Positions 1-11,000 of a stretch of DNA of 64,000 nt are shown piece by piece. The translations under genes and the position numbers were made by a program. The notes beneath the pieces are model-generated. The model made no database searches. It was not told where the DNA came from and worked only from the letters and a program-made list of their open reading frames with translations. How positions within the stretch are numbered: position 1 is the first letter of the stretch; each line of letters begins with the position of its first letter. Source of the stretch: an uncultured bacterium (GTDB lineage Bacteria; Chlamydiota; Chlamydiia; Chlamydiales; 2-12-FULL-49-11); contig CAYGJD010000001.1 of NCBI GenBank assembly GCA_964350315.1, positions 127,084 to 191,083 on the forward strand. Reading direction: 5' to 3'.

Positions 1-453
1 CTGAATTTTAAAGGAGAGTCATGTCCATGTAGACAAGCTCAAATGCTTGCTGCAAACCATTACCCTTATATTAAGGCTGCCGTTAAAGGGGCTCTTATTC
101 CGTATGAAGGGCTTGCTTGGGAGTCTGGTAAGTCTCAAATTGGGTATATTGGAAAAGATTGTACCTTGTTTTCTCTAGTTGATGTTCCAAGCGTTGCGCT
201 GCTATTGCCTGAATTTGGCAATGTTCCTGTCGATGAAGTGAATAAAGAGATTGAGAGGCTTAACTCAAGCGGTATCAATTATAAGATCATTCCTGAGGAA
301 ATGTTGAATGAAAGCTGGCATTTGATCGATGATTTAATTGTTTTTGATGGCCATGTGAGCTTTGAGGGCAAGAGAATGATTGATGGATTTATTGCAGCAG
401 GCGGTTTAGTCAAAAAAATAGGCGTCCTCTTAGAGGACGCCCTATCGGAGTAA
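1..453 (+). CDS. Conserved hypothetical protein, probably 5'-truncated by the window edge
   Basis: The frame is open from base 1 to the TAA at 451-453, and the protein looks globular. Its 3' end runs through the tRNA terminator and overlaps the tRNA 3' end by 9 bp. Confidence 0.6.
   Translation: MNFKGESCPCRQAQMLAANHYPYIKAAVKGALIPYEGLAWESGKSQIGYIGKDCTLFSLVDVPSVALLLPEFGNVPVDEVNKEIERLNSSGINYKIIPEEMLNESWHLIDDLIVFDGHVSFEGKRMIDGFIAAGGLVKKIGVLLEDALSE
412..441 (-). terminator. Rho-independent terminator of tRNA-Pro
   Basis: Perfect inverted repeat GGCGTCCTCT-T-AGAGGACGCC (421-441), followed on the minus strand by TATTTTTTT, directly 3' of the tRNA. Confidence 0.8.
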
Positions 454-519
454 AGGGATTCGAACCCCTGACCCCCTGGTCCCAAACCAGGTGCGCTAGC
501 CAAACTGCGCTATACTCCG
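445..519 (-). tRNA. tRNA-Pro (TGG), CCA not encoded
   Basis: The reverse complement CGGAGTATAGCGCAGTTTGGCTAGCGCACCTGGTTTGGGACCAGGGGGTCAGGGGTTCGAATCCCTTTACTCCGA folds as a cloverleaf with anticodon arm CCTGG-TTTGGGA-CCAGG and T-loop GTTCGAATC. Confidence 0.97.
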
Positions 520-532
520 TAATTTGGGGCAT

Positions 533-562
533 ATAGTATCAGGGCAATAGCTTTTTTTGCAA
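533..562 (-). promoter_or_regulatory. Sigma70-type promoter for tRNA-Pro
   Basis: Minus strand TTGCAA-N18-TACTAT, 13 nt upstream of the tRNA. Confidence 0.55.
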
Positions 563-656
563 TCCTTTTGAGACTCAAGCTATAGATTTGAAAAAAAATC
601 CTTGCAGAGTGGCAATTCTTATGCCATATCTCTTATATAAAACCATGGAGGATCTG

Positions 657-2285
657 ATGAAATTTACCGATCACAAGTCATATAAACGACTGCTTGAGCT
701 TGCAAAAAAAGCTCCAGATCTAACAAAACCTCATTATATTAATGCAGAGAGAGTTAAGAAGATGTCTCTTTCTGCCCTGAATTGGAAAATGAATTATGCA
801 ACAGAACGGGTGAACGATGAAATTTGCCTTGAGCTGTGTAATCTTGCAAAAGAAGCAAACGTGGCTGACAAAATGTGGATGATGCAAGACATGGAGATGA
901 TGAATTATGTAAACAACTGTGAATCAGAGAGACGCATGGTTGGTCACACGGCAATCCGGAATCCTAAGCCAGGAACAAAACATTCAAACCACGTTAGAGC
1001 AGCATCAGACGAGTATCTGGCTGAGTTAAAGAAGCTTGGGAAGTTTCTGTCCACAACGGATGAGTTTAAATACATGGTTGTTGTTGGGATTGGAGGGTCA
1101 TACTTAGGGACTCTTGCCGTAAAACAAGCACTTAAAAATTTTCAAGAGAATGACCGAGAACTATTTTTTGCATCTAATATAGATCCTGACAAGGCGGCTT
1201 CAATTTTAAAGGAGATTGATTTAAAGAAAACGCTCATTCTTATCGTATCAAAGTCTGGGGGAACACTTGAAATCAAATCTCAGGAAAAACTCTTTAGGAT
1301 GCATTTTGAGAAAGCGGGCTTAAATCCGAAGAAACATTTTGCAATGGTTACTGGAAAGGGGAGTCCAATGGACAAACCTGCTGCGTATAAAGAGATATTC
1401 TATATGTGGGACTTTATCGGTGGGCGTTATTCGGTCTCTTCAATGGTTGGTGCTGTTCCATTGGCTTTTATATTTGGGATGAAAATGTGGGAAGAGTTCC
1501 TAAAGGGACTCTATGATATGGATCAACACGCGCTGAATGAAAAAAATCCAATGAAAAACATGCCTCTTTGGGGAGCTTTGTTAGGCGTTTGGAATAGAAA
1601 CTTCCTTAAATGTGACACACTTGCAATCATTCCTTATTCTGCTGGACTAGATCATTGGTCCCTGCACTTACAACAACTCTATATGGAATCAAATGGAAAG
1701 AGTGTTTGTAAAGAAGATGGTTCTTTTGTTGATTGGGACACCTGCCCTGTTGTTTGGGGATCTATTGGTACAGAAGGACAGCATGCTTATTACCAAGGAA
1801 TTCATCAAGGAACTAAAATTGTCCCCGTTGAGTTCATGGGTTTTAAAAATGCACAACTTGATTTTGATGAATTGATTGAAGGATCGACAAATCAAGAAAA
1901 ATTAATCTCGAACATGTTAGCCCAGTCTATGGCACTTGCACAGGGTAAACACGATCCAAATCACAATAAGTACTTTTCTGGAAATAGACAAAGTCATATG
2001 CTTTTAACAGATAGACTTGATGCATATACTCTTGGAACTTTGCTATCTTACCATGAACATTATGTCGCATACCAAGGGTTTATTTGGGACATTAACTCTT
2101 TTGACCAAGAAGGGGTTCAGTTAGGCAAAGTGTTGGCCAATGGTGTTATCGATCTATATTTGGAAAAACGCGAACGCGGTAGAATGTCATTAAGTAAAGA
2201 AAATGAGGGTCTGCGTGCGCTGGTAGAAGAGATGGACTCGATCAATGAAAATCGGGGTAGGAATAATAACTTGCGATCGGCATGA
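657..2285 (+). CDS. pgi: Glucose-6-phosphate isomerase
   Basis: Motifs VGIGGSYLG, IVSKSGGTLE, WDFIGGRYSVSS, QQLYMESNGK, GTEGQHAYYQ and INSFDQEGVQLGK. Start moved to ATG 657, which follows GGAGG. Confidence 0.95.
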   Translation: MKFTDHKSYKRLLELAKKAPDLTKPHYINAERVKKMSLSALNWKMNYATERVNDEICLELCNLAKEANVADKMWMMQDMEMMNYVNNCESERRMVGHTAIRNPKPGTKHSNHVRAASDEYLAELKKLGKFLSTTDEFKYMVVVGIGGSYLGTLAVKQALKNFQENDRELFFASNIDPDKAASILKEIDLKKTLILIVSKSGGTLEIKSQEKLFRMHFEKAGLNPKKHFAMVTGKGSPMDKPAAYKEIFYMWDFIGGRYSVSSMVGAVPLAFIFGMKMWEEFLKGLYDMDQHALNEKNPMKNMPLWGALLGVWNRNFLKCDTLAIIPYSAGLDHWSLHLQQLYMESNGKSVCKEDGSFVDWDTCPVVWGSIGTEGQHAYYQGIHQGTKIVPVEFMGFKNAQLDFDELIEGSTNQEKLISNMLAQSMALAQGKHDPNHNKYFSGNRQSHMLLTDRLDAYTLGTLLSYHEHYVAYQGFIWDINSFDQEGVQLGKVLANGVIDLYLEKRERGRMSLSKENEGLRALVEEMDSINENRGRNNNLRSA

Positions 2286-3039
2286 ATTTCTTAAGAGATC
2301 TCTTGCGTCTATTCCAAAAGCAGACCTTGTTGTTATCGTAAATGATGGCAAACCACTAGATTTTGACCTTTCATCTTACCCTATAGATTTTCTTGTTCAA
2401 CATGAACAGAGATTTGGAGTTGCAAAAAGCAAAAATGACGCTCTTGAATTGTTATTACAAGAAGGGTGCGAACATCTTTTTCTCATAGAAGATGACATTC
2501 TTATCAAAAGATCTGACATCTTTGAGTTCTATATTCGCGCATCACAAACAAGCGGCATCTTGCATTTCAACTTTTGCCTTTCTAGCCCTATGAATATTAA
2601 AAGGTACGCTCTTCGTTACAAGAATGGGGTAGGAATGTCGTTTTATCGAAACCTCTATCAGCCATTTACCTACTTTAGAAAAAAAGTGATTGAAAAAGTT
2701 GGCTTCTACGATACGGCATATTATAACGCCTTAGAATATGTGGATCACACATATCGCATAATACAAAAAGGTTTTCATCCTCCGTATTATTGGTTTGCAG
2801 ATCCAACTGGAAGTGAGTTTTATTTAGAAACTCTCGATGTAGGATTTAAGATGAGCGTTGTAAAAGAGGATATTGATGCTTATCGTAAAAACATGTTACT
2901 CGGCATTGAGCATTTCATTCAAGTTCATGGTGTTCATCCTGCAAAAGTTGTTGATACTTCACGCGACGGAGTCAAGCGATTGCTCGGCCATTTTTTTAGA
3001 CATTCAAGTGAAATGGTGTTAACAGAAGGCCCAAGTTGA
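2245..3039 (+). CDS. Glycosyltransferase family 2 protein
   Basis: N-terminal IITCDR, VIVNDG, GVAKSKN and the DxD-like LIEDD; late region with GFYD and EYVD. Confidence 0.8.
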   Translation: MKIGVGIITCDRHEFLKRSLASIPKADLVVIVNDGKPLDFDLSSYPIDFLVQHEQRFGVAKSKNDALELLLQEGCEHLFLIEDDILIKRSDIFEFYIRASQTSGILHFNFCLSSPMNIKRYALRYKNGVGMSFYRNLYQPFTYFRKKVIEKVGFYDTAYYNALEYVDHTYRIIQKGFHPPYYWFADPTGSEFYLETLDVGFKMSVVKEDIDAYRKNMLLGIEHFIQVHGVHPAKVVDTSRDGVKRLLGHFFRHSSEMVLTEGPS

Positions 3040-4025
3040 ATTGCTTGAGGCAAAGTTAAAAAAATTTGATCTTTTGCTTTGATCTGGCTTTTGAGTAAGT
3101 CTTGTCTTCCATCATCTAAATGAGTTCCAAAATCGTCAATAGAAAAAAGAGGGTCTTCAAATCGAGAGAGAGAAGCCAGCTTTACAGCTGTCAGGACTGT
3201 TCGTTTTTGCCCCTCGCTAGCGTATTTTTTAGCGCTGTGGTTGTTTAGGTCTATTTCAAAATCATCTCTGTGAGGACCGATAAGCGTGTGACCTAAAAAC
3301 ATTTCCTTTTTGCGCTCTTTAACAAATCTCTCGCGAGTGAACTCTTCTTCTTTAATTGAGGGTAGGTAACGCAGGGAAATCTTTTCTTCTTGCTTGGCAA
3401 GATTATTGTATTCTTCTTGAGCCATTTCAGACAAATCCTGTAGAAATTGAACTCTTTTATGAACGATGTAACGGCCTGATTTTATGAGCTCTTCTTCCCA
3501 AATTTCTATGGAAACTTCCGATTTTTTCTTGATAAGAGCATTTCTTTGGGCAAGAGCTTTTGCATAGCGAGTTAGATAGTAGATATAAAGAGGGTCAGAT
3601 TGAGAAAGTTCTATATTCATAAAACGTCGTCTTTCTTTTGGTGACCCGATGATTAAAGCTATATCGCTTGGTGAATAGACAACAGAAGGCAATACACCGA
3701 GCAAACTTGAGAATGATTTGTAGTGAGTTTCATTGTGTTTTAGCTGCCTTGTCTTTCCATCAAATGAAAGGCGAAGAGATTGCTCAATGCCACAATCTTC
3801 AAAGAGGGCATCGATGGTAAATGAGTCTGCTCCTCGAAGGATGACTTCTTTGAGATCGCTTGTACGAAAAGAGCGCCCAATAGAGAGCATGTGAATTGCT
3901 TCGAGAAGATTGGTTTTTCCGACACCATTTTCACCAACTATCATATTGATGTTTGGTGTGAGGGCAACTGACAAATTTTCAAAATTACGAAAATTCACCA
4001 GGTGAATCTCTTTTAGCCATTTCAT
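2934..4025 (-). CDS. recF: DNA replication/repair protein RecF
   Basis: NFRN, Walker A GENGVGKTNLLEAI, RSFR, GSPKERRRF, GPHRDD, SEGQKR and IDD; ATGA-coupled to dnaN. Confidence 0.95.
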   Translation of the reverse strand: MKWLKEIHLVNFRNFENLSVALTPNINMIVGENGVGKTNLLEAIHMLSIGRSFRTSDLKEVILRGADSFTIDALFEDCGIEQSLRLSFDGKTRQLKHNETHYKSFSSLLGVLPSVVYSPSDIALIIGSPKERRRFMNIELSQSDPLYIYYLTRYAKALAQRNALIKKKSEVSIEIWEEELIKSGRYIVHKRVQFLQDLSEMAQEEYNNLAKQEEKISLRYLPSIKEEEFTRERFVKERKKEMFLGHTLIGPHRDDFEIDLNNHSAKKYASEGQKRTVLTAVKLASLSRFEDPLFSIDDFGTHLDDGRQDLLKSQIKAKDQIFLTLPQAIQLGPSVNTISLECLKKWPSNRLTPSREVSTTFAG

Positions 4026-5125
4026 TCTGAATTTAACCGCATTGGCATTAATACATATAAAGCTTGTGATGAATCGGTGATTGATCCAGGGTTGAATGAG
4101 TCTGTAACCCCAAAACTGACCGTTTCATCTTGGCAATGTCTTAGAATATCAATGAAGTAATGTGGGTTGAATGCGATGTCGAGTTTTTCTTTATTGTAAT
4201 CGACAGGCATGTTGACTTTTCCTTCACCGATATCACTGTTTGTTGCTGCAAGTTTAAGTTCCCCTTTTTCAAATGTAAGCTTAACAGAATGGTTAAGGTC
4301 AGATGTAAAAAGTGAGACTTGTTTTAAAAGAGAGATAAGCTCGTCTTTGTGCAGAGTGATGTCTTGCATGTTGGTTCTGTCTGGGATAACTCGTTCGTAA
4401 TCGGGAAACTGTCCTGTTAGGAGTTTTGAAACGAGGCAAATAGTTCCAGATTCCATAGCGATCTTGTCAGGCATCAGAGTCACAGTTGCTTTTTCATCTT
4501 CTGAAAGCATGCGAATCATCTCCTCAACAGCTTTCAAAGGAACAATGCAACTTTGTTTTTCAGAATCATCAAGATCAATCTTGCGCTGTAATTTAGCAAG
4601 ACGTTTTCCATCTGTTCCGACCATTGTTATTCTGCCATCTTCGATTTGAAGGAAAATTCCATTTAATACTTGTCTGCTATCGTCTTTTGCCGCTGCAAAA
4701 GAAGTTCCAGACAACATTTTTTCAAGGTCGTCACTATCAAGAGAAAAAGATTTACCATTTGATAGATCAGGGAATGTAGGAAATTCTTCTTTACTCATGC
4801 CGTGTAATTTAAAACGTGATGTTCCAGAAGAGATATTAGCAATTCCTTCACTAGCTGTTTCAATTGTCACTTCAGGGGCTGTTAGTTCTCGAATAAGTTG
4901 AAACAACCGTCTTGCAGGTAAAGTTACAGAGCCTTCTTCTTGGATTCGACCTTCCATAGTTGCTCTTATGCTGACTGTGAGGTCTGTTGCTGTGATAACA
5001 ATTGTGTGGCCTGAGGCTTCAATTAGCACGTTGGATAAAATTGGAATGACAGCTTTAGAAGGAACGACACCTTGTATTTTTCCTATTAATGCTGTTAGAT
5101 GATCACGTTGAACGACAAATTTCAT
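4022..5125 (-). CDS. dnaN: DNA polymerase III beta sliding clamp
   Basis: PILSNVLI, ATDL, GTDGKRLA, GQFPDYERVIP, IAFNPHY and C-terminal VLMPMRL; 367 aa. Confidence 0.97.
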   Translation of the reverse strand: MKFVVQRDHLTALIGKIQGVVPSKAVIPILSNVLIEASGHTIVITATDLTVSIRATMEGRIQEEGSVTLPARRLFQLIRELTAPEVTIETASEGIANISSGTSRFKLHGMSKEEFPTFPDLSNGKSFSLDSDDLEKMLSGTSFAAAKDDSRQVLNGIFLQIEDGRITMVGTDGKRLAKLQRKIDLDDSEKQSCIVPLKAVEEMIRMLSEDEKATVTLMPDKIAMESGTICLVSKLLTGQFPDYERVIPDRTNMQDITLHKDELISLLKQVSLFTSDLNHSVKLTFEKGELKLAATNSDIGEGKVNMPVDYNKEKLDIAFNPHYFIDILRHCQDETVSFGVTDSFNPGSITDSSQALYVLMPMRLNSE

Positions 5126-5224
5126 AAAAAACCCTATCTAATACAATTTTCTAGTGTAAAGAAGTTCATTTCACTTGTCAATACTTGCACGAGATTTCTC
5201 ACATGCTAAGAGGGGATAGATCTT

Positions 5225-5677
5225 TTAGTAGCCGCTTTTAATTTCTCGTTCTTGAGATTTTTTCTTCAGAGCAGCTCTTTTGTCGTGACTCTTTTTACCT
5301 TTACAGAGGCCAAGTTTTACTTTGACAATTCCATTTTTCAAATAAAAAGCTAAAGCAACTACTGTGAGTCCTTTTTCTTGCGTTTGGCGCTTTAATTTTT
5401 CAATTTCCACTTTATGCAAAAGAAGTTTTCTTTCACGTTTTTCTTCGTGGTTATTAAAATTGCCAAATTTATATGGAGCGATGTGAGCTTGTCTTAGAAA
5501 AGCTTCTTGGTCACGTATCAAGACATAATTATCGATGAGATTACCTCCTCCGTCGCGTAAGGATTTGATCTCTGTTCCGAGTAGGGCAATGCCAGCCTCA
5601 TATGTATCGAGGACTTCATAATTGTGATAAGCAACTCGATTTGAAGCGAGTTCTGAAGGGGATTTTTTCTTTGCCAT
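5225..5677 (-). CDS. smpB: SsrA-binding protein SmpB
   Basis: [31 protein letters not shown] and GKKSHDKR. Confidence 0.97.
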   Translation of the reverse strand: MAKKKSPSELASNRVAYHNYEVLDTYEAGIALLGTEIKSLRDGGGNLIDNYVLIRDQEAFLRQAHIAPYKFGNFNNHEEKRERKLLLHKVEIEKLKRQTQEKGLTVVALAFYLKNGIVKVKLGLCKGKKSHDKRAALKKKSQEREIKSGY

Positions 5678-5686
5678 GTGAAGAGT

Positions 5687-6403
5687 TTACACTTTTTTGT
5701 GCCATTTTGTCGATATAAACCCAATGAAAACGATCAATACTGAGCCAATCCAAAATATGAGATCAAAAATTTCTTGGACGTTTTTGTCTCCAATATAAGA
5801 GAGAATTCCCTCAACGATTAACTTTAATCCTATCCATGAAATTAGAAAATAGACGATTTTCTCAAGATTTGGGTAAGCGTACAATAGCTTGACCACACTC
5901 GTTGTTGCAAAACGAATGAAAACAACCCCTAATATACCACCTACATAGATGACCCAGATTTTTTCATAGAGCATATCAAGGGGATAGTAAATTGCTACGA
6001 AAGCAAAGGCTGCTAATATAGAATCGATTGCAAAAATGAGGTCGGTGAATTCGACTAAAAGAACTGTTTTAAAAAAGGAGCGCTTCTCTGTGTGGAGGTT
6101 CTTTTTTTTAAATCTAAAACGAGCGGCGTGTTTGATTCCTAAAAAAAGCAGATATAAACCACCTATAATCTGTACCCATATGATTTTTATGAGAAAAGCA
6201 ACAAAAACTATCCCAATACCTCTGAGTATAAAGGCTGAAGTAAGGCCTAAAAAGAGAGCTTTTTTTTGTTTTTTAGATGGGAGGTCGCGGACGATAAAAG
6301 CAAGAACAGCGGCATTGTCTGAGGAAAGAAGCAGCTCCAGAAAAAAAAGAAGGAATATTAGAAGTATATCAAACCAAGAAAAGGTTTGTATTGGAATGTG
6401 CAT
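5687..6403 (-). CDS. TerC family integral membrane protein
   Basis: LELLLSSDNAAVL, GGLYLL, DLIFAIDSILAA and GGILG; about 7 TM segments. Confidence 0.9.
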   Translation of the reverse strand: MHIPIQTFSWFDILLIFLLFFLELLLSSDNAAVLAFIVRDLPSKKQKKALFLGLTSAFILRGIGIVFVAFLIKIIWVQIIGGLYLLFLGIKHAARFRFKKKNLHTEKRSFFKTVLLVEFTDLIFAIDSILAAFAFVAIYYPLDMLYEKIWVIYVGGILGVVFIRFATTSVVKLLYAYPNLEKIVYFLISWIGLKLIVEGILSYIGDKNVQEIFDLIFWIGSVLIVFIGFISTKWHKKV

Positions 6404-6407
6404 GTTT

Positions 6408-7556
6408 TCAAAGTTCCTGTAGAAACTGATCTAGCCGATGTTGATTTTGCTCGTTTGAATACCATGTATTAGTTATATCGCCCCAAAATCTACCGAAGTG
6501 AGATCCATGGAGCTTGATCCAGTACTTGTTAGCGTATTGACTCTTTTCTTGTTGTTCTAAAGAGGCAATTTTTGCCTTAACAAGGCGTTCGGTATGACCA
6601 GAAATTGCCTGATCATCGATAGACTCTAAAAAAAGAATCTTTCCATGAACTTTTGCAATCCAATCTTCATTTGGATAGCGAAGGTATTTTTCGACAAAAG
6701 ATTTTGCAAAAGGGGATACGATAGATTGGATCGGTCCTTTTTGTGGATAGTCACAAAGATCACTCATGCGCGCAAAGGGCCTCTCTAAAATCAATGTGGT
6801 TTCTTTCAGCTGTGTTCCAAGATAGATTGCAGGCCCTGTGCCGAAAGATTTTCCGTAGATGATCATATCTTTATTAGGACATTTCAATCTCGCTTTCAGC
6901 CAATTAAAGGCTAATAAGGAGTCGCTGCAGGTGAGCTTCCATTCAGGAATGTTTTCGTCTCCACGATAATTGATAGCAAAGACATGCATTCCTCGAGCTA
7001 AATAATTAAGGATCATCTTTGGATCTAATTGAAAGGTTAAGCCATATTCGGGAAGAATCATAACTCCAATAGGACGTTTCTTTGCTGCGGGGAGGATCTT
7101 TAATGAATCAGGAAGAGCTACAAGTGAGAGTAGATTATTGTCTCCAAATTCAGATTCCAACATTTCTGCTAATCGACAATTTCTAGGAGATTTTAATATT
7201 GTGCGCCACTTTTTATAGACTGCAGTTTGCTTTCGCCTAAATATCGTTGGATCAAAATATAAACCTTCAATTTGCCCACCATCGCTTGTTTTTAGAGCGA
7301 TAGAAATCCCGCCTAGATCTGTAAGGAGTTCTGTTCCTAAATCTTTCAGCCGAGCAAGTCCGATTAAAGATTGCTCTGATGGAGAAGGCATATCAATCAT
7401 TCGATTTGTTGCTTTTTTTGTTGCGTTGTAGATCAGTCTCGATCCAAATGTCTGAGGGGTATTGAAGGTTACAAAGCGGTTCGATGTACTTGTGTTTGAG
7501 CAAGCAAGCATAAGGAAGATAAGTAAGAAAGGGATTGTATATTTGAATTTGTTCAT
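6408..7556 (-). CDS. Alpha/beta hydrolase-fold lipoprotein
   Basis: Lipobox LMLAC, NYRG, nucleophile elbow YGKSFGTGPA, LILERPF, and late Asp/His candidates. Confidence 0.7.
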   Translation of the reverse strand: MNKFKYTIPFLLIFLMLACSNTSTSNRFVTFNTPQTFGSRLIYNATKKATNRMIDMPSPSEQSLIGLARLKDLGTELLTDLGGISIALKTSDGGQIEGLYFDPTIFRRKQTAVYKKWRTILKSPRNCRLAEMLESEFGDNNLLSLVALPDSLKILPAAKKRPIGVMILPEYGLTFQLDPKMILNYLARGMHVFAINYRGDENIPEWKLTCSDSLLAFNWLKARLKCPNKDMIIYGKSFGTGPAIYLGTQLKETTLILERPFARMSDLCDYPQKGPIQSIVSPFAKSFVEKYLRYPNEDWIAKVHGKILFLESIDDQAISGHTERLVKAKIASLEQQEKSQYANKYWIKLHGSHFGRFWGDITNTWYSNEQNQHRLDQFLQEL

Positions 7557-7647
7557 TTAAACTCACTCTACGATTAAAACAATTATTTACCAACGTTAAA
7601 GGTGATTTTTTTTCTCTTTTTCTTGGGTGTACTGAAGGCTTTGTAAA

Positions 7648-8061
7648 ATGACAGATCAGATGAAAAATTCTAAGTGGGATGCTCTTGAAGAAGAGATGAA
7701 AAAATATCAAATTTTTGAAGATGATTTGACGGAAAAATTCATTTTGGGGTCAGGTTCAGGTGGGCAAAAAATTAACAAGACGAATTCTTGCGTCTACATT
7801 AAGCACCTCCCGACAAAAATTGAAGTGAAGTGTCAAAAAACAAGATCGCGCGAAGCTAACCGTTTTCATGCAAGGCGTGAACTCTTAGAAAAAATCAAAG
7901 AGCAAATATTTAAAGAAGAGACGAAGCGTAAAAAAGAGGCAGATAAAATTCGAAAGCAAAAAAAGCGTCGGTCTCGAAAAGTTCAGGAAAAAATGCTAGA
8001 GGATAAACGTCAACGTTCCCAGACAAAACAAAAGCGTGTTAAACCAACTTCAGAAGATTAA
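7648..8061 (+). CDS. arfB: Peptidyl-tRNA hydrolase ArfB/YaeJ-like ribosome rescue factor
   Basis: GSGSGGQKINKT (GGQ motif), CQKTRSREANR and a highly basic C-terminal tail; 137 aa with no stop-codon recognition domains. Confidence 0.8.
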   Translation: MTDQMKNSKWDALEEEMKKYQIFEDDLTEKFILGSGSGGQKINKTNSCVYIKHLPTKIEVKCQKTRSREANRFHARRELLEKIKEQIFKEETKRKKEADKIRKQKKRRSRKVQEKMLEDKRQRSQTKQKRVKPTSED

Positions 8062-11000
8062 TCTTCTAAAATTTTCTCCTCTCTTTCTGAGAACATATGA
8101 AATTTACATTTGATCCAGCAGTTAAGGTGTTCGATATAGATAAAAACTACTGGGGTTAGGAATAGAGTAACAAATTGAGCAAAAATCAAGCCACCAACTA
8201 CAGCGATTCCAAGAGGAGCCCTTCCTTGGGCAATTGTTCCACCAATTCCAAGAGCAATTGGTAAAGCGCCCATCATAGCAGCAATTGTTGTCATGATAAT
8301 TGGTCTAAATCTAAGAAGGCATGCTTTAAAAACAGCGTCATGCTCATTAAGTTCTTCTTTTTCCATGATCTCTAAAGCAAAATCGACGATCAAGATCCCG
8401 TTTTTCATTACAATTCCAAGCAACATGATCAAGCCAATAATTGCATAGATAGAGATGATTTGCCCACAAAGAAGCAATGAAAGAATCCCCCCTAAAAGAG
8501 CAACTGGGATAGAGGAAAGTGGGGTAATTGGGTAGAGGAAGTTTTCATAGAGTATTCCTTGAATGACATAGATAACAAAAATCGCAAGGAGTATCAAAAG
8601 GATAAACTGTTTCATTGCAGCTTCAAAAGCAGCTGTATTTCCAACCATCATTGGGATAACGCTTGGAACAAGAGTCTTTTGTGAGAGTTGGTTGATTTCA
8701 TCTAGCGCTTCTGAGAGTGGTACACCATCGGCTTGATCAAAGGAAATCGTTACAGAAGAAAGGGCGTTTAGATGGTTTACAGTCTCAGGTGTTGTGATCA
8801 TTTTTGTGTTAACAATTGAATTTGCGTAGACTTGTTGTGCATCATTTGCATTATTTTGGTTATTTGAAAGGTATAGATTGGCGATGTCTTGGGGATCCCT
8901 CAAAAAATCATTTTCAAGTTCTAAAATGACATAGTACATGTTTTGAGGAACGTTGATCTTAGAGATGTAAGTTTCTCCATAGGCATACATGAATGCATTT
9001 TCAATTTGCGTTGCATTGATATCACCATATGATTGTGCTTGATCTCGAAGTATTTCAATATCAAGAGTTGGTCCATTTGGCTGAAAGTCAGAACTTACGT
9101 TTTTTAGTTTGGGTGAGTGGCTCATTGTCGCAATAAGTTCTTCTGCGCATTTGTATAAATCATCGTCATTAAAACTTTGGAGAAGGTATTGATAATTGGC
9201 TTTTCCCGCTTGAGATCCACCGATCTGTAAGTTTATAAGAGGGTAGGCCTTCATGAAAATTTTTGCACCAACTACGTGAGCAAACTCTTTTTCAAGATCC
9301 TTAATCACAGTCCAGACATCTTTTCTTTTACTTCTTTCAACAAGATTCATAAAAAGTAGAGATTGGTTGTCTGTTGGATTTCCGGAGATGTGAGGAACTT
9401 TTGAAACCGCAGGGTGCTTAATCGCAATCTGTGCAAATTCCTTTGCATATTCATAGGATTTTTCTGGAGAAGTTCCTTCTGGCGCCATGATAAATGCTTG
9501 GATAACGCCAAGATCATTTGGAGGAAGAAATTCTTTTGGCATTGAAAGTAGAAGAAAGACAGAAACGAAGACGCTTGCTGATGAAACAAGCAAAATCATT
9601 AGTCGGTGTCTTAGTGCCCATTCAAGCGCGGGTTCATATACATTTAAAAGCTTTTGGTTGAACCACTCTGAAAACATTTCCATCTTCGTCTTTCGCGAAA
9701 TTTCATAGTGGGATAAAAAACGTGAACATAACATTGGAGTAAGTGAAAGTGAGACAAACCCAGATACTAAGACCGCGATAATGATTACAGCTGCAAATTC
9801 ATGAAAAAGCTCACCCATTGTTCCAGCCATAAAGAGCATAGGGATGAAAACAGCACATAAGCAAAGAGAGATTGAAATAACGGCGACAATTATTTGCTTA
9901 GACCCTTTTAAAGCTGCGTTATAAGGATCCATGTGTTCTTGCTCTCCCCAACGAACAATGTTTTCAAGAACAACGATAGCATCATCTACAAGAAATCCAA
10001 TGGATAAGGTAAGTGCAGACAGGGACATGATGTCTAAACTAAAGCCAAAAAAATCCATGAAAATAAAGGTTGTAATGATCGTGATTGGAAGAGTGATGAG
10101 TGGGATGATTGAGTTTTTGATACGACCAAGATAGAGGTAAACAACAAGCACAACGAGTAAGAATGCGACAAGTAGAGTAAATTCAACATCAGCTACAGCT
10201 TCAGTAATCCACTCAGATAGAGAAAATGGAATGTCATATTCAATTCCATGAGGAAGTTGGGGAGCAAGTTTTGCTATTAGCGCTTCTACATCGCTACACA
10301 CTTGTACTGTATTAAAGCCAATTTGTCTATAAACAGCAAGGAAGGCAAGCTGTTGTCCTTCAGGTTCTTCTTTTGTTGTGAGGGCAAATACTTGTTTGTC
10401 GTTTTGAACCCCTTCTTCTACTGTTGCGACATCTCTTAAACGAACAGGGGCATTGTCGATGTATTTAACAATAAGATCTTGGTAGCCTTTGGCTTCAATG
10501 AGTTGTCCATTGGTCCTTGTAACAACACTGGTATTAGGGCCGTAAAACTTACCTGTAGGCTGTTCTGGATTTCCCATGTTAATTGCATTCGATAGATCAG
10601 CAAGACCCATGTTTCTAGCAGCTAGAGCTTGAGGATCAGCTTTGACGCGAACTGCGTATGGAGAACCAAAAACTTGAATATTGGCAACTCCTTCAACAGT
10701 TCCAATTTGCTGCCCCAAAAAACTGTACCCATATTCATATAGTTTAGAGGGGGAGATGATTGGGGAATACATCATAAGATATAAGATAGGAGTGTCGGCT
10801 GGGTTGAACTTCACATAAGTTGGGTTTTGTGGTAAATTAGCAGGAAGTTCGGCTAATGCTTTTTGAATTGCTTGATCGACTTCTTGCGCTGCAACATTGA
10901 TATCAACAGTAAGGTGGAATTGTAGGACTATTTCAGATGATTGGTAAGTGTTTGAGGAAGACACAAACTGAATTCCCTGCATAAGCATGAATTGTCTTTC

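Noticed and set aside
279-503. 74-aa minus-strand ORF
   Set aside because: It starts inside tRNA-Pro and is antisense to the upstream CDS; spurious.
4022-5224. oriC next to dnaN-recF
   Set aside because: There is no dnaA gene or DnaA-box cluster, and the dif site and skew instead point to the terminus.
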